From assembly GCF_009914755.1 (NCBI RefSeq), contig NC_060929.1: a stretch of DNA of 64,000 bases. One strand, given 5' to 3'. The notes under the pieces are model-generated. The model had not been told where the DNA came from, did not search any database, and was given only the letters and a program-made list of their open reading frames with translations. The translations under genes were made by a program, and so were the position numbers. Source of the DNA: the human T2T-CHM13v2.0 reference genome, Homo sapiens. Below are positions 15,721-29,540 of the stretch, piece by piece (within the stretch, counting starts at the first letter, position 1; each line of letters opens with the position of its first letter).

Positions 15721-17080
15721 TAAAGGTTATGACAGTGATTTGTAAACAGTAAAGTAAACATGAACCACTGTTGTTCAAATGGAAGGCCCAGTGTATATCC
15801 TCTGATACCAAGTCATTGATTGATCCAAAATGGGAATGTACCCAATCTCATAATTTAACAAACAGGGCACAGCACAGTGCAGAACAGCCCATGAACACCC
15901 AGGATGGCCTGTTTTCCAGTTCTGGGTGTCAGCGAGGGAGAAGAAGCAAATGCTGGGGCATCTCTGCTTAACGACTGATGTCCTAAACTTGGCAGAAAGA
16001 GGGATGACTCAATTTTCTTAAACAACTGTTAATTAGGTGGACTTTGCAGTGGCTTCATTTGTCTAGTGAGATGGCCATGGAGCAGCTTGGGTGTGCAGGA
16101 GATAATGAGAGGCAGACAGTTACAGTGTCCTTAGATGGAAGGAACCCTGGGGACTGTCATGTTAGCCAGTTTCTCATCAGTCTTTGTGAGCTCTGACACA
16201 CGATGAAAGTCCGATGATGTCCCCTGAAGTAATAAGCTCAGCAGAACTTTGCGAAGAAACACAGGGGGCAGGAGTCATTATGACAAATCACATAAACTGT
16301 GTTCTTTCAAGTCTGCCTGCATGTAATACCGTGAGTGGAAGTCCTAGCTTGAGTGTGAGAGAGTCAGACGTGTATAAAATGGCCTAGAAACAGGTGCTGT
16401 GGCCCTGGGGTGGAAGCCTATTTGCAGGAGGAGGTGGGGGATTCTCCTAGAAAATAACTCAAACTGCATCCGTGGGTGGGCTGGGCACACACCAGGGTAG
16501 CCAGGCACGCAGGAAGAAGAATAAGCCAACAATTTGCAGGAGAAACATGGAGCTTCTGAGAAGCAAATTCAGCTTGAGGTGACCCAGGAAAAGGCTTCAT
16601 TGCCAGAGAAGAGGAATGGTTTTGAGGACAAGGAAGTGCCTGCCACATAGCGGGATGCATAGTGGGAGCATGCGTGTGGAACACACAGTGAGTAAATACA
16701 TGCACCTCCAGCTCAAACAACAGAGCCCCCGTTATGTGACCTCGTCCATTAAACACCTGCTGGGATGGACCACATACAGTTTATTAATTTGTCTTCTATC
16801 ATGAAAAGCACTGACAAGGAATGACAGCTCTCTGTTGTTACTAATTAAATCACCATCCAAGCTGCGTTCCCCTCTCTCAGGTGAGCCATGCTGAGGAAAG
16901 AAAAGGTATAATGTCTGCAGATTCCTTTACACAAAGCCCCCTGACTTTGCAGGCCAGGTGGCTTGCTTTCACTTGGGAAATAGAAAGGAATTGTCCCTCA
17001 GTGTCTCCAAAGACGTAAGAAAGTAATGCTGACCCTCATCATTGACCCTCACTTTTGCTCTAGGGGAGCTCAGAAATAGC

Positions 17081-17107
17081 AAAAAAAAAAAAAAAAAAAA
17101 AAAAAAA
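17081..17107 (+). repeat. Isolated poly(A)27
   Basis: 27 consecutive A with no adjacent Alu/L1 body. Confidence 0.95.
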
Positions 17108-19119
17108 GGCTGTCCCACTTTGCACACAGCCATCCTGTCATGTTCCCCAGGATTGGCTCTGGACTGTGGGCAGACACCCTGTGTCCAAGTGAGCTCTGCC
17201 ACCCCAGGGCTTTTCTATCTTCGGGAGAGCTGAATGCAGAGTGAGTCCATTATGAAAGACCTGGGTTAGTGGAGTTCTGAAACTTCCATGTTATTGCAAT
17301 TGAATGAATCCCCCAAATGAGGTGGAGCTCAGACAAGGGGTTCCTTCTAATTTGGCTAAAACTCTAAAATACCTCTTGTGCCTCCGTGGGTCAGTGGCAA
17401 CCACCAGTGGGGGGTGCTGTGCCTGCTGACAGTGGATGCCCCAAGCATGGAGCTTGACATGACCGCAGGGGCTGCGCTAACTGAAGCAGCAGGCATGGAG
17501 GCTCCCGCAGTGGGCTTGTGTGAGAACCTCTGCAAGACACCACGGGGTGTCAAGAAAACCTCTGGGTTAGGGACACTTCTTCTCAGTAAATGGGGGCAGT
17601 TGAATCCAATCTTCATGATCTCTGTTGCCTCTTATGTATCCACAAATAATGGGACCTGGCAAAATTCAAGCTGCTCTCACCCAGCAGTCTGAAAACTGAA
17701 TGCCCCAGGACAGACCGCAGCTCTGGCAGAAGAATCCTGCAACCATTCCACAGCACAGGGTCTTGGGGCAGTTATGAATCTCCTCTGAGCCCTTCTTTCC
17801 CCCTGCCTGTTATGGGAGTCATCATATCTCCCCTGGAAATGTGTTAGGAGAATCAGGGATAGTAGATGTAACCCTGAGTCAGCTTACACCCAGACAGCTT
17901 CTATTTTCATTAGAGCTGCCATTCGAGCTCACCTCAATGCAGGACTGAGCCTTGCTCTGAATTTCACCCATTGCTCCAAAGCAATAATATGCAGTGTGCA
18001 TTTTACCAAAGAGTCTACAGGAAGACAAAGACAGGCTTCAAATCACACACCACAGGGTAGATGACCTCAAATGGCTCTGTTCAATATTTCTGACCAGACT
18101 GCTGGCAACAAGGTCTTCTACTGGGCATCTTTCCCTCCCTGTGCTCAGCCCCATTTCTCCTTCCTCGTCTCTCAATTTTCTTACCTCTTTCCAGGTGAAT
18201 CTCGTCCAAGCTTTTTTACAACCCACAGTGAGCTTACTAAAACTTCTTTCTGACAAAGCCAGTCTAATTTTCTCCTTATAAGGGAATTCTCTGACCTGCT
18301 GTTAAACTCTGTCAAAGTGCTCGGTGGTAGATACACAATAACTGGGGTCTTCTTCCCCTTCCCTTCTTAATACTTGGATGTGGAGCCAGGGAGACACAGG
18401 CATCAGAAGTCATGTGGCAATTTAGGACATGCCTCTGAGTTAGTCTCATTTCTGCACAGAAGTCAGCTCTCAAAAGCTACAGTGTGCCCACCCAGAGGTA
18501 GCCAGGCAGCAGAGAAAACACCAGGACTGTAGCCAGTTCTGGATCTGTCATCTATCCACTGGCTGAAATTGGGGAACTATGTTTATGACCCAGGATATCA
18601 GGTTTTTCATCTGAAATTGATTGGGATAAAGGAGTAAGAATTAATGACTCCTCTCCTAGCAATGTTGTGAGGCTTAAAAGTGGTAAAGACCATGCAGTAA
18701 ATTGGATGCTAATTGAGACTGCCTTCATTATTTTACATACTCCATTAAAAGTTAGAATGCTAAACTTAATAGTTAAATTCCTCTGGAGAGATCTAAGTTT
18801 AGCACCTGGTGCTGCCATTTATGAACTACACAACTTTGGAGAAATGACCTTACCTCTCTGAGCCTTAATCTCCTTATGAATAAAATGGTGTGGGGAGGAG
18901 GGCATGGGTGGGTGTGCATAATGAGCATATGGTGGTTAGTCTCCCTAAGAATATTGTAAGGATTGACATAAAGAGATAAACGCAAAGATCAAGTATATGT
19001 CTCTCTCTCTCTCTCTCCCCCCCTTTCAATTAACTTTAAATTTTACTCTATTGTTGTAAAATGATAAAAGCTCATTTTAGAAAGCTTGAAAAAATCATCC
19101 ATTATTCTCAAATTCAACA

Positions 19120-20400
19120 ATTTATTTAATCAAACTTATCAGTTGTCTTCCATGAATCCAGCTCTTTGCACTGTAGTAGAGCACAGGGCAGATAAGTCCC
19201 TGCTGTCTGAAGCTGACATTCAAGTATAAAGAGATAACCAATGGACACATAAATAAACAAGAAAATACTAAGCAGTAATAAGCACTACAATGAAAGTAAA
19301 ACAGCAATATGACAGAGACCCAGCTACTCTAGATGACGTAGTTAGGAAAGGCCTCCCAGGAAGGGGACTGCATTTGAACTGAGATCTGAATGAAGAGAAG
19401 CAAATTGTGCCAGGATCTGGGAAAAGAGTGTTTGAGGCAAGGGGTGCAAACAGGGCCAAAGTCCTGAAAGAGAAAGACCTTGATATGTTTGAGAAAACAA
19501 AAAGAAAGTCCCTGTGTCTGAACTATAATGAACATGGAAACACTGATGTGAGAAGGGCTTGGAGACAGAGGCAAGGGCTAGATGATAGAAGGCCTTGTTG
19601 GTGGTGTTAGTAAGAGAGTTGAGTTTTATTCAGGTTTAAATGATGGCCATTGGAAGCCTCACATGTTTATAAGACCCCACTGTGGAGAAAAGATTAGAAG
19701 GAGGCAAGAGTGGAAGCAGAAGACCCCATGAAGAAGCAACCACCATAGTCCAGGCAGGAGAGAGAGGAGGCCTGGTTGGGAGAAGGGATAAGTGGGCAGG
19801 CTGGGATGTGTCTGGAAAACTCAGCAGGGCTTGATGATGGATTAGATGTGGGGATTCAGGGAACATGGGGAATCTGCAATGATTCCTGGTTTTGACCCAA
19901 GCAACTGACCGATGAGGAAGCTGGGAGAGGCATAGGTTTAGGCATCAGGAGGAATAAGGGAGCTGGGAAAAGAAATCAGAGGTCTATTTTGGAAATTTTA
20001 CATTTGAGATGCCATTAGGTAACCAAGTGGAGATGCTAGAGAGGCCTCTGACTATCTGAGCATCAAGCTCAAGGATATGCAGAGACCCAAGACATGGCAT
20101 TGTGAGTCATTGTCATGTGACTGGTTGAAATGGCCAAGGAAGAGAGGATGCATGAAGAAAAGAGGACCCAAAATAGAACCGTGTGGCACTCCAACTTGCA
20201 GAGTTTGAGAAAAGAAGGAGGAGCTGAGAAGAAGCTGAAAAGGAGCCACTTGTGAAGTGTGAGCAAGTCCAGGGGCATGTGGAGTCACAGAAGCTAGGAG
20301 GAAAAGGCGCTCGGGAGGAGCTGAGTCAGATGCTCCTGCAGGCTGGCAAGGCAATGCAGTGAGTCACTGCTGCATTGGGGACCACGGAGGTCACTAGGGG
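19120..20400 (-). mobile_element. L2 (long 3' fragment)
   Basis: ggaaaggcctcccagg...catttgaactgagatctgaatga; ggcaagagtggaagcagaagacc; gatggattagatgtggggg; ttgagatgccattagg...aagtggagatg. Confidence 0.8.
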
Positions 20401-20868
20401 CTGGGGCAACTGCATGCTCCCGACCACATCACACTGCCTCTCAAGAAAAGCATCTGAGGCCACAGGACAGCACATAAACACAGGCTGTGAGTGTGGCTCC
20501 AGAGCCTCCACCCCTCTTCCTGCTGGACCACTGGCGAGAGAAGTGTCTCTAAGAAGAGCCCATGGGCTCTGTGGTCATGGCTGCCATCAATCCTTTCTCC
20601 CTCCCTGCCCGCTTCCTCCCCACTCAACCCCGGCCCTGTGACACTTCTTGAAATTCTCCCAGATTGTGGGGCAGTCTGACTCAGATTAAAAGGATTACTC
20701 ATTTCTGGCTGAATTTGTATTTTGTACAGAATTCTAAAAAGCTTTCTTGATTGTTGTTCATTTATTCAAAAAAGCAAAGTACTGTCGGTATTTCCCTGAA
20801 AATAAATAATCCAGGCATCCGGTGTTTCTACATGTAATCTACCAACAGCAATGGATAATTTTTCAAAG

Positions 20869-20878
20869 CTATAAATAG
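20869..20878. promoter_or_regulatory. MEF2 consensus site CTATAAATAG in unique DNA (AP-1 TGACTCA at 20677-20683)
   Basis: Exact match to YTA(W)4TAR; function unproven. Confidence 0.3.
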
Positions 20879-21129
20879 CACTGGGAGCTCGATTCTAAGA
20901 AGTCATTAACTTTAAGATACATGAGCATTGAGTTTCTTGGAAACATTGAATAAACATATAAATGCTGCTACTGGAGTTAGATTTTTATGATTATGAAAGC
21001 ATGTGTTTCTGTTTTATTATGTGATTTTGAGAAACCCAGAGCTCATCAAAGTTATTTGCATTAACTAAGATTACTAATATCATGTATTGAATCATAAAGA
21101 CTCTCTCTCTGAGAATAAACAAAATTCCC

Positions 21130-21575
21130 ATAAACCTAGTAAAGGCAAGATTATTCTGTAGCCATGGTAACAAGTAGCCATAGGAGCAGATTTTAAACTT
21201 GTCCAAACTGATCGACAACAGCTTGCCTCAGAGAACCTGCCTTTACAAGTCAACCAGTCAGTAGCCACCCCTCACTTCTGAAAGTCCACCAAACAGGAAC
21301 AAACTATTCTGGAGTTTTCTGGACAAACTCTATAAAACATTGCCTTTGAGTGCAACCAGCCAACAACAGTCAAACTACACCTCCGCAAATATCAACCTGC
21401 TTATGTTTCTAAAAGTCCACCAATCCCTGAATTCCCTGCTTCTCAAAACTCTGTACAAGATCAGCAGCCTGAAAGACTGCCTGGCTGGCCAGCATGGCTG
21501 TCCCTTACTATAGAAAGTAATAAATTCAACTGTGTCTTTTTATTTCAGGTTTTGAATTATGGCCTCATCCTATGA
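21130..21575 (+). mobile_element. ERV-type solo LTR (MER110/MER90-like), family uncertain
   Basis: Repeated cttctgaaagtccacc/tttctaaaagtccacc units; cccttactatag...aataaattcaac poly(A)-signal region similar to the LTR at 27.9 kb. Confidence 0.45.
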
Positions 21576-22724
21576 ATTCTATGTTTAATGTTTGAATGTT
21601 GGGAGGATCCACCAATTCATTAGTTCATCAAACTTGTCACTGTGCTTGGTCCTGGAGACCCAAAGGAATGGTCCATGTCCAGAGGAACTCTTAGCCCTGG
21701 AAACATATGACTGCAATGTGGCATAATCATCACAATACCGAAAGAGTATGCCAAGGGCTACAGAAGCCCAGGCGAGGAAGGAAACTTGGTTTGGGAGACG
21801 AAGGACAGGGAAGGATCCCAAAGATGATGTTTAGGTTGGCATTTCCATAATAAATATGAGTTTTCTAGATAAAGACAAGTGGGAGGGCATTCTAGGCAGA
21901 GGGACAACATGGGCATAGACATAAGGACAGGAAGGAGCAAACCAGATTCAGAGATGTTGAGAAGTATGGAGAACATGAGCATCTTTGAGAAGGAGAGACG
22001 GGCAGGGAGGGGCCAGGTGTCTGAGAACCCATACTATAGTCGAGAGCTTGGCTTAACCTCACGAAGCCTCAGCCTTCTCATTGATAAAATAGAATTAATT
22101 ATATTGCCTACCTCTCAGGATTGCTGTGAGAATTAAATAAAACAACGTGTATAAGTCTAAATGTTTGGCACATATCAAAGCACACATGCATTTGGCACAC
22201 ATCCAAGCAAGAAATTGTCTGATTTTTATTGGACTTTGTCCTGAGAACTTTAAAGTGCAGGAGAAGGAGTTAATTACATTTGTGTTTTGGAAACAGCTCT
22301 CTCAGCCATTACGGGAAAGCAGCGAAAGTGTGAAGTTTCCTTTTGAAGAAAATCAGGAAATAATAACAACAATAGCAGCCAACAATGCTGAGCACAGACA
22401 CTTCTGTTAACATGTATCAACTCATTAATCATAATAGCCCTGTGGGGTAGCCTGTTATAACCCCCATTCAAGAGACTGACCCCTTCCAAGGAAGATGGAA
22501 CGATCCAAGGATGCTGCGGTTTCTCGGTTTTATAGCCAAAGTCTGTAGATCAACACTAGTGCAAGAGCCTGAAACAAGAGATTGAGTAGTTTGTGTTTGG
22601 GTCGATCTGAGCCAGTGAAGCACTCATTTACTCACTTATTTATTCAACACACACTAACTGAGCATCTATGACTTGTCAGGCACACCAGTGGATGCCATTC
22701 CTGCTCTTACAGAGCTTCTGACAG

Positions 22725-22960
22725 TAACAGCCAACATGTGCAAAGCACTTGCCATCTGCAGGGAACTGATCTAAGCACTTCACACCTAACAAGTCATTTG
22801 GAACTCCTAAAACAAACCTAGGAGGAAGGCAATACTATTATGCCCATTTTACAGAGAGCAAACTGAGGCCCAAGGAGGCTCAGTTGTCCTTCCAAATTCA
22901 CACAGTAAATAGCGAAGCTGGAATCCAGGTGGTATAGCTCCAGTGGCTCTACCCTTAACA
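22725..22960 (-). mobile_element. MIR
   Basis: tattatgcccattttacagagagcaaactgaggccc...cacacagtaaatagcgaagctggaatcc. Confidence 0.75.
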
Positions 22961-24249
22961 ACAGCTACACCATGTCATGGTCTAGCTCAGCGCTCTCCAA
23001 AGCACAGCCTGAAGCCTCCAGTCAACCATTCCACCAACCGTAGCTTGTACTAGAATGCACCTCCACTTACTTCATTGTGCACACTGTTCAGTTCAGCCAA
23101 CATTTCTTCCATTGCAAGACTTCCCCAGTGAAGGAAGTATTATGATGATTGACATTCTGGTACAAACTCATGATCTTGTCATAGGCCAGCACTGTGAGTA
23201 GCATGTGTCCATTGGATGAACAAGACTTCACACAAATGATCACACAGATAAATATGTATTGTCATTAGGGTCAGTATTAGGAAGGACAGCAGCAGGGTCT
23301 AGAAGAGAGTGCAGCAGAGAAATCAGAAGCCCCATCCTTGCTTGGAGCTAGGAAGTGGGGTCATGGAAGCATCCTGGAGACCTGTGGGAAGAGGAAGATG
23401 TCCCTAGGTCAAAGGGTGGGAAAGGAGGGGTGACAAAGGCAGAACGGAGGTCATTTGTCAAGGCCACATATGGGAAAGATCCTGGCATGTTTGGGAAACA
23501 GGGAAAAATACAAGAGCAGAAGGACTCTCAGGGGAAGCCTCCGAGTGGATTCACAATGCATAACTCAAGCTGGATAAGACAGAAAACACATCAAGGAGCT
23601 TAGGTGTGTGCTATACAGCAGCTTCTCCTGGGATCCTGTACTGACGCTTTCTGTTCCAGAGGCTTCCAACAGGTGCTTGGTGGATTTCCAATGACCCTGG
23701 CCAGATCCAGCTGCAGGCCAAATAGCTAGGTCTGAGGTGTGTTACCACTTTGCTTCTGTTTTTCTGCGGGCAGAGTCATTCACTGAACTAGGGTCAGGTC
23801 CAGGGCCACAGTATGTGAGCACTGTGGCTCTGCAGGGTTCATAGGAAATCCTGAGGCACAGGAAGTAAATTTATTGGCTAAAGTTTGGGAGAAGGAGGCA
23901 GAGAGGAAGACAGGGAGTAAACATTTATCCACTATGTCCCATGCACTTTACACACCTTTTTACCTCCTTTAAGCCCATGGCATCCTTGCTTGGAGGAAAC
24001 TATGAATCCCCTCATTATCCGTAAGTGAAGTGAGAGAGTGAGGCTGCAGCTTGACCAAAATGATGAGGTAGGAAGTGCACAGCCTCTCTGGACCAGATTG
24101 TGCCTCCTTATAAGAGATGATCATTAAAATCCAGAGGCTGTCCAGCGCTGATGACAAAACCTAACCCTGACTCCATCACCATTTACTCAAAACACTGTAA
24201 TGACAGGGAAGAGTGAGGTAGGAAATTCAGAATTAAGACAGGGTGTGAC

Positions 24250-24625
24250 CAAGAGTGGCAACTACACTAAATTCGAGGGTGAGAACTGGTTTCTATTCAT
24301 GCTCTGCCTGTACTAGGTCTGCAGTCTAGGATTTGTCTCCTTACCTCTTTAAGCTTCAGTTTGCGTATCTGTAAAAATGGGCAGGAGTGTTGTAATCACT
24401 TCCCATGGGGTTGCTGTGAGGATTAGGTGACATAAAGCCTATTAATTAAACTGTATTTGCTAGCACATGACCTTAGAAGACTTACCTAAATCCCTGGTGT
24501 CTCATTGCCAATCTCTGTAAAGTGTAAACGACAATAGTTCCTGCTTCACAGGGTTGTTTAAGGATTAAAGGAAATAATGTGTGTAGAACGTGTGGAACAG
24601 TGCCTGTCCCATAGTAACAATTATT
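24250..24625 (+). mobile_element. Two tandem MIR fragments
   Basis: ttcagtttgcgtatctgtaaaaatggg...gggttgctgtgaggatta and acagggttgtttaaggattaaa...acagtgcctgtcccatagtaa. Confidence 0.65.
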
Positions 24626-25114
24626 GATAGCTATGATTATTATTACCAAAAGTTAGTCCAGGGTTTAATACATAGTAGGTGCTCAATAAATATCCCGATT
24701 TGGAAAAGAAGAAAAGAGAAATCGGAGCAAGGATGAGGATACTTGGAAATGAGAGAGGAGGACTTGGATGTCTGCACTCAGAGCGAGGAGGCAAGATCAG
24801 AGGCCCAAAAGGAAGAGTCCCCTGCCCCTCCTCCATGCCACCCCACCTGGTCACCCCACCCCTGGACTCCAACTTCCACCCTTAGATTTGTTTGATTCTC
24901 TGATGCCTCTGGGAGGCACCTCATTGACATTCCTAGCAGGGAGTAAGGCTTTTTTGGAAGCTCAGTGATTTTGACAAAGTTATGGAACAAAATCCTCTGG
25001 CAGTAATTTGCCAACTGCCTTTAGCTCTGACAAGCACTCTTGAAGGAGGATGGCATGCCGGGGGATTTTAAGGGAACAAGGCAGTGGTGCAGCCAACCAT
25101 AAAAATGAGAAACC

Positions 25115-25314
25115 CACAGCGAAACCCCATCCTTACTAAAAATACGAAAAATGAGCTGGGTGTGATGGCACACGCCTGCAGTCCCAGCTACTTGGGAGGC
25201 TGAGGCAGGACAATTGCTTGAGCCTGGGAAGCGGAGGTTGCAGTGAGCTGAGATTACACCACTACACTCCAGCCTGGCGACAGAGTGAGACTCCGTCTCA
25301 AAAAAAAAAAAAAA
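25115..25314 (+). mobile_element. 5'-truncated AluS (Sc-like)
   Basis: Starts at gaaaccccatccttactaaaaatac; complete right arm with gcctggcgac; poly-A. Confidence 0.88.
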
Positions 25315-25659
25315 GATAAGCCATCCTAATCACTCTCCCCCTCTACAGTTCTCTCTCTTGCCTAGAGATCACCAATTCAGACTTCCCAGGCACCTGGAAG
25401 AAATCTCTGAAACAGCACACATAGGTTAGTATCAAGGTCTCATCATTGAATCACTGTGTGGGCAGTTTCACCTTCTCAATCTCCATTTCCTTAACTGCAA
25501 AATGGGAATAAAAACACTTGTGAGGCTTAAGTAAGACAGTGGAAGGAAAAGTGATTGGTCCAGTCTCACAACCTGTTAGTTGTGAACCTGAATCCTGCTC
25601 AGAGAAAAGAAGAAACTTTGGAGCCCATCTGCTCACACCTCCGCAGCTCAAACGTTCTT

Positions 25660-25772
25660 ATTTATGTGCAAAATTTTGTGTGCATATGTGAACATTTTTC
25701 CAGAGGAGAGGCTGATAGCTTTTCTTGGATGCACCAAAAAATTCAAGGCCCCCAAAATGTCCTAAGGAACGT
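25660..25772 (+). mobile_element. MER117-like hAT-Charlie fragment
   Basis: tgcaaaattttgtgtgcatatgtgaacatttttccagaggagaggctgatagcttt. Confidence 0.5.
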
Positions 25773-27107
25773 TGGCTGCATGTGGTATGGGGCCTCTTGC
25801 TTGGTTCCATGGAAAACCTCCCAATGAGCACCACGTCCTCTTTACTGTACCCCGAATGGAAACCACACACTTGGGATGTGTAGTTTCATCTGTAGCCATC
25901 TGTGTGCTATTTTACCCCTCTGTGTCTCAGTGTCCTCATCTGTGAAACAAGAGAGACAAGAGACAGGAGACATAAGCAAAGAGCTCACCGTGATGCATGG
26001 TGAGTCTCATTGCAAGGTTTCCCCTCTTAGCTCACCACACTCACCCTTCTAGGCTGGAATCTGGGGAGATAAAAGATGGAAGGCAGTGGAAGCAGGAAAG
26101 TAACAATTTTTCCTTGTCTGGTCTCAATCTGGCCTTGAGTTCCTTTATGATTTTCCTACGGTAGCAGTTATGGGTTCTTTGAAGGCCTCTATTGCTGGTG
26201 ATCTCTCTCTGTCATTCCTTTGATGCAGCGAATGCATTTTTTCCCTGCTAATCATCATGTCTCATTCCTCATTCCCAGTTAGCGGGCCACCTCCAGCTGC
26301 CTTTGAGCTCACTTTGCCCTTCCTAGGGACTCTCTATAACAGAATCAAGGGCAACCCCACACCTGCCTACTTACCCACACCTGGTCCACTGAAGACATAC
26401 ATCTTTGGCCTGCTCACGAGGAGCACAGACCTCCTTCCACTGCCCCCTGGGCACTTCAGCCTGCCTGTGTGTGATATCCTTTCAGGATGCAGCCAAGAAG
26501 CTGTGGTGCTCTTTGCAAGGTTATCCATGGAATCCTTTACATTACTCAGGCAGGACCCAGACCCTAGTCAACTCTCTAATGCATTCTACTTTTGATAGAG
26601 AGAAGGGTTAACAGAGGCAGAATTGGTGTTGGCCTCCCCCTTTGCAAGTCCCACAGAATGGTTTCACACCTTGCTTTGGAATATGACATCTCTTGTCTTG
26701 AGGCCTTGATAGACTATAAGACCAGGATATGTCCATTTTAAAAGAAAATACACAGGCAAAATGCCATGAGCATTTATTGCTGGGAGGTGGAGAAAGGGAA
26801 ATGGAGATGGAATCGGGGATGGCATCCTAGAGAAAGTTACAATGGAGATGGATTCTGAAGGATAAATATGAACTTACCAAATATGAATGGCCATTTCCCA
26901 TGGCAGAAGCCACGTGTGCAAAGACTCAGGGGCCCGAGGAATGCATGTATATTTGGCATTCGGGAAATACAGCAGAGCGTAGTAGAATAAGGATAGGACT
27001 TGGGCCAACATAACTTAATTCAAATCCTGACTCTATCCACTCACTTGGATGACCTTGGGCAGGTAAGTCAACCTGGGCCCCTCACCTGGGCTGCTCATTT
27101 CTGAAGC

Positions 27108-27265
27108 CAATGATTATCCAGCTTTAGGTCATAAAAATCCCCTGGAAGCTCCTTAGAAACGCAGATCCTCGAGCCTCACTGACAGAAACTCTGACTCAGT
27201 AGGTCTGGACTGGAACTCAGGATTATTCTGATGCAGGAGGTCTCCAGATCATACTTTGCAGACTT
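27108..27265. mobile_element. MER5-family hAT MITE
   Basis: cctggaagctccttagaaacgcagatcctcgagcc...ctgactcagtaggtctgg...ttctgatgcagg. Confidence 0.6.
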
Positions 27266-27901
27266 CAAGTGTCCCGTCTCTTAAGAGACAAGGTCTGGCA
27301 TATAGCTGGTGTTTAGTAAGCATTTTGGGCAATGAATGCAGGAATCAAATGAATCCATTTCAGTGCAGCTTGTCCTGGAGAAGACTCCCAGAAGTAACAT
27401 ACGGCTGCCTAAAATATCTCTACACATGTCATACCACAGAAGTGGCGTCCGCCTCACAGAGGGGTCTTCACAGAGGTAAAGGGCTCAGGTGCATCCGCCC
27501 AATCTGGGATCATTAGTCAGATCTGGTGACAATGGTGAAGGCGGGAAGCCTCCCCAAGGACAAATACTATGGTTATTTTAAGCCTCTCTGTGTCATCACT
27601 GTGGTGATGAGTCGGAGTCAGGGAAAGCTAAAGAAAACCACTTGTGATTCTTTGCAAAAAGCAACATGTTATGAGGATCTTAGACCAAGCAGAGGAAAGA
27701 ACACAAGGCTGTGGAGTCAAACACCACTTGGGCTTTAGTCCTGGCGAGTCTTTTCACCTCTTAAGCCTGTTTCCTCATCTGTAAAGCAGAACTAACGTTA
27801 CCTACTGCAGGGGATTGCTGTGTGGAGTCAGTGAGTGGCAGGGATCACTGTTCAGGGACATGAGGAAGGTAGGAAGTAGACGGTAAAGGCCATTCTTGGA
27901 C

Positions 27902-28348
27902 TCGAAATAAATAGAGACCACCCAAATAAGAACAACAGAAGCTAATTATCCTGTGCTTGCTGTAGCCAGGGAGTCAGGCACCATCATTTGAGTTCAGCAG
28001 ATTTGCAAAGGCAGGCAGAAGAGTGGAAAGTTTTGTAATGGAAAAAAGGGAAGGTTTCAGCACTCTCTGATTGGAGGTTGTTGGCAAAGAGAAGCTGGAG
28101 GAATCTAACTAGAAGCAGGATGTTTTGTGTTACTGGTTTGGGGACAGCACTTGGCTTTCTCTGGTTGGTCCTGAGTTGGAAACTAGGTCAAAAAAACAAG
28201 GAAGCTGGCAGTCACTGATCATGTCTTACCATTTTGGGCTAAGTGCTGCAGAGGTTGTGGTTTGGCTTCCTAGACTGGTTGCTGCAGGGGTCGTGGGTCA
28301 GAATTCTATTCTCATATATGGTTTTATCTTTATCTGTTTGTATATTCA
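27902..28348 (-). mobile_element. ERV1-class solo LTR (MER90-like)
   Basis: Ends tgtttgtatattca (reverse of TGAATATACAAACA); ctgcagaggttgtggtttggcttcc and ctgattggaggttgttggc motifs. Confidence 0.65.
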
Positions 28349-28889
28349 AGCTCTCACTGAGCATTTACCATGCATTACTTCAACAGAAATTTATTGAGGG
28401 CCTTCTCTGTGTTCTAAGGACACAGCTATGAGCAGAACAGAGCAGATTTCCTGCCCTCTTGGAACTGCCCACATTTCACCCATCATTGGGCTTAGTGGCA
28501 TCCCTCCATGGCCCTGGGAACCCACCTTCTTTCTGTGTCCATGTGCAACTTAGTCCTTCATGGCTATGGTTGCTGCTACAATGGAGGCTCTGTTTATTCA
28601 AATTTCATATTTCTTGGGATTTCAATTATTCTTCTGGTGGTCCAGAAGCCCCATGTTAGGCCCAGGGCCAAGCTTCAGTCAAGAGCAGAGTCTTTCCTCC
28701 CCACCTAACACCAACCCTTCCCTGGATGGGATTCCCACTGCCCAGCCTGTTGTGTGGTGTAGGCCCCTACCATTCTGTTGTCCTCACAACCACCTGCCTT
28801 CCCTCCCACTGATGCTGGTGCCCTGGGCAAGGAATGTCAGTGTGGCTATAACCATGAGAAGTTTGGTTCCTGCAGGTCCGTGGAGCCTC

Positions 28890-29121
28890 TCTCTACTTCT
28901 ATGAGTTCTGCTTCTTTAGATTCCACATATAAGTGAGACTGTGCAGTATTTCTCTTTCTGTATCCAGTTTATTTCACTTAGCACAATGTCCTCCATTTAT
29001 TGCATCCATGTTATTGCATCCACGTTATTGCAAATAAACGAACTTTCCTTTTTTTAGGTGAAATACTATTTCATTGTGTATATATACTACGCTTTCTTTA
29101 TCCTTTCATCTGATAACGGAC
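28890..29121 (-). mobile_element. L1MA/MB 3' fragment
   Basis: ttagattccacatataagtgagactgtgcagtattt...ttatttcacttagcacaatgtcctcc; small ttattgcatcca tandem duplication. Confidence 0.8.
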
Positions 29122-29242
29122 TGTTTTTTCTTAATGAAACACTGACCCATGCATCCACAAAAGCATCCCCTTCTATTACTCTCCAGGTTGGCAAGAATCG
29201 TCTTAAGTTAAACAGCATGGCCTTTAAGATCTAAAGCTTTCG

Positions 29243-29540
<298 letters not shown>

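Noticed and set aside
25960-26600. Possible very old LTR-like segment (also ~28470-28880)
   Set aside because: Too diverged to assign a family or boundaries by eye.
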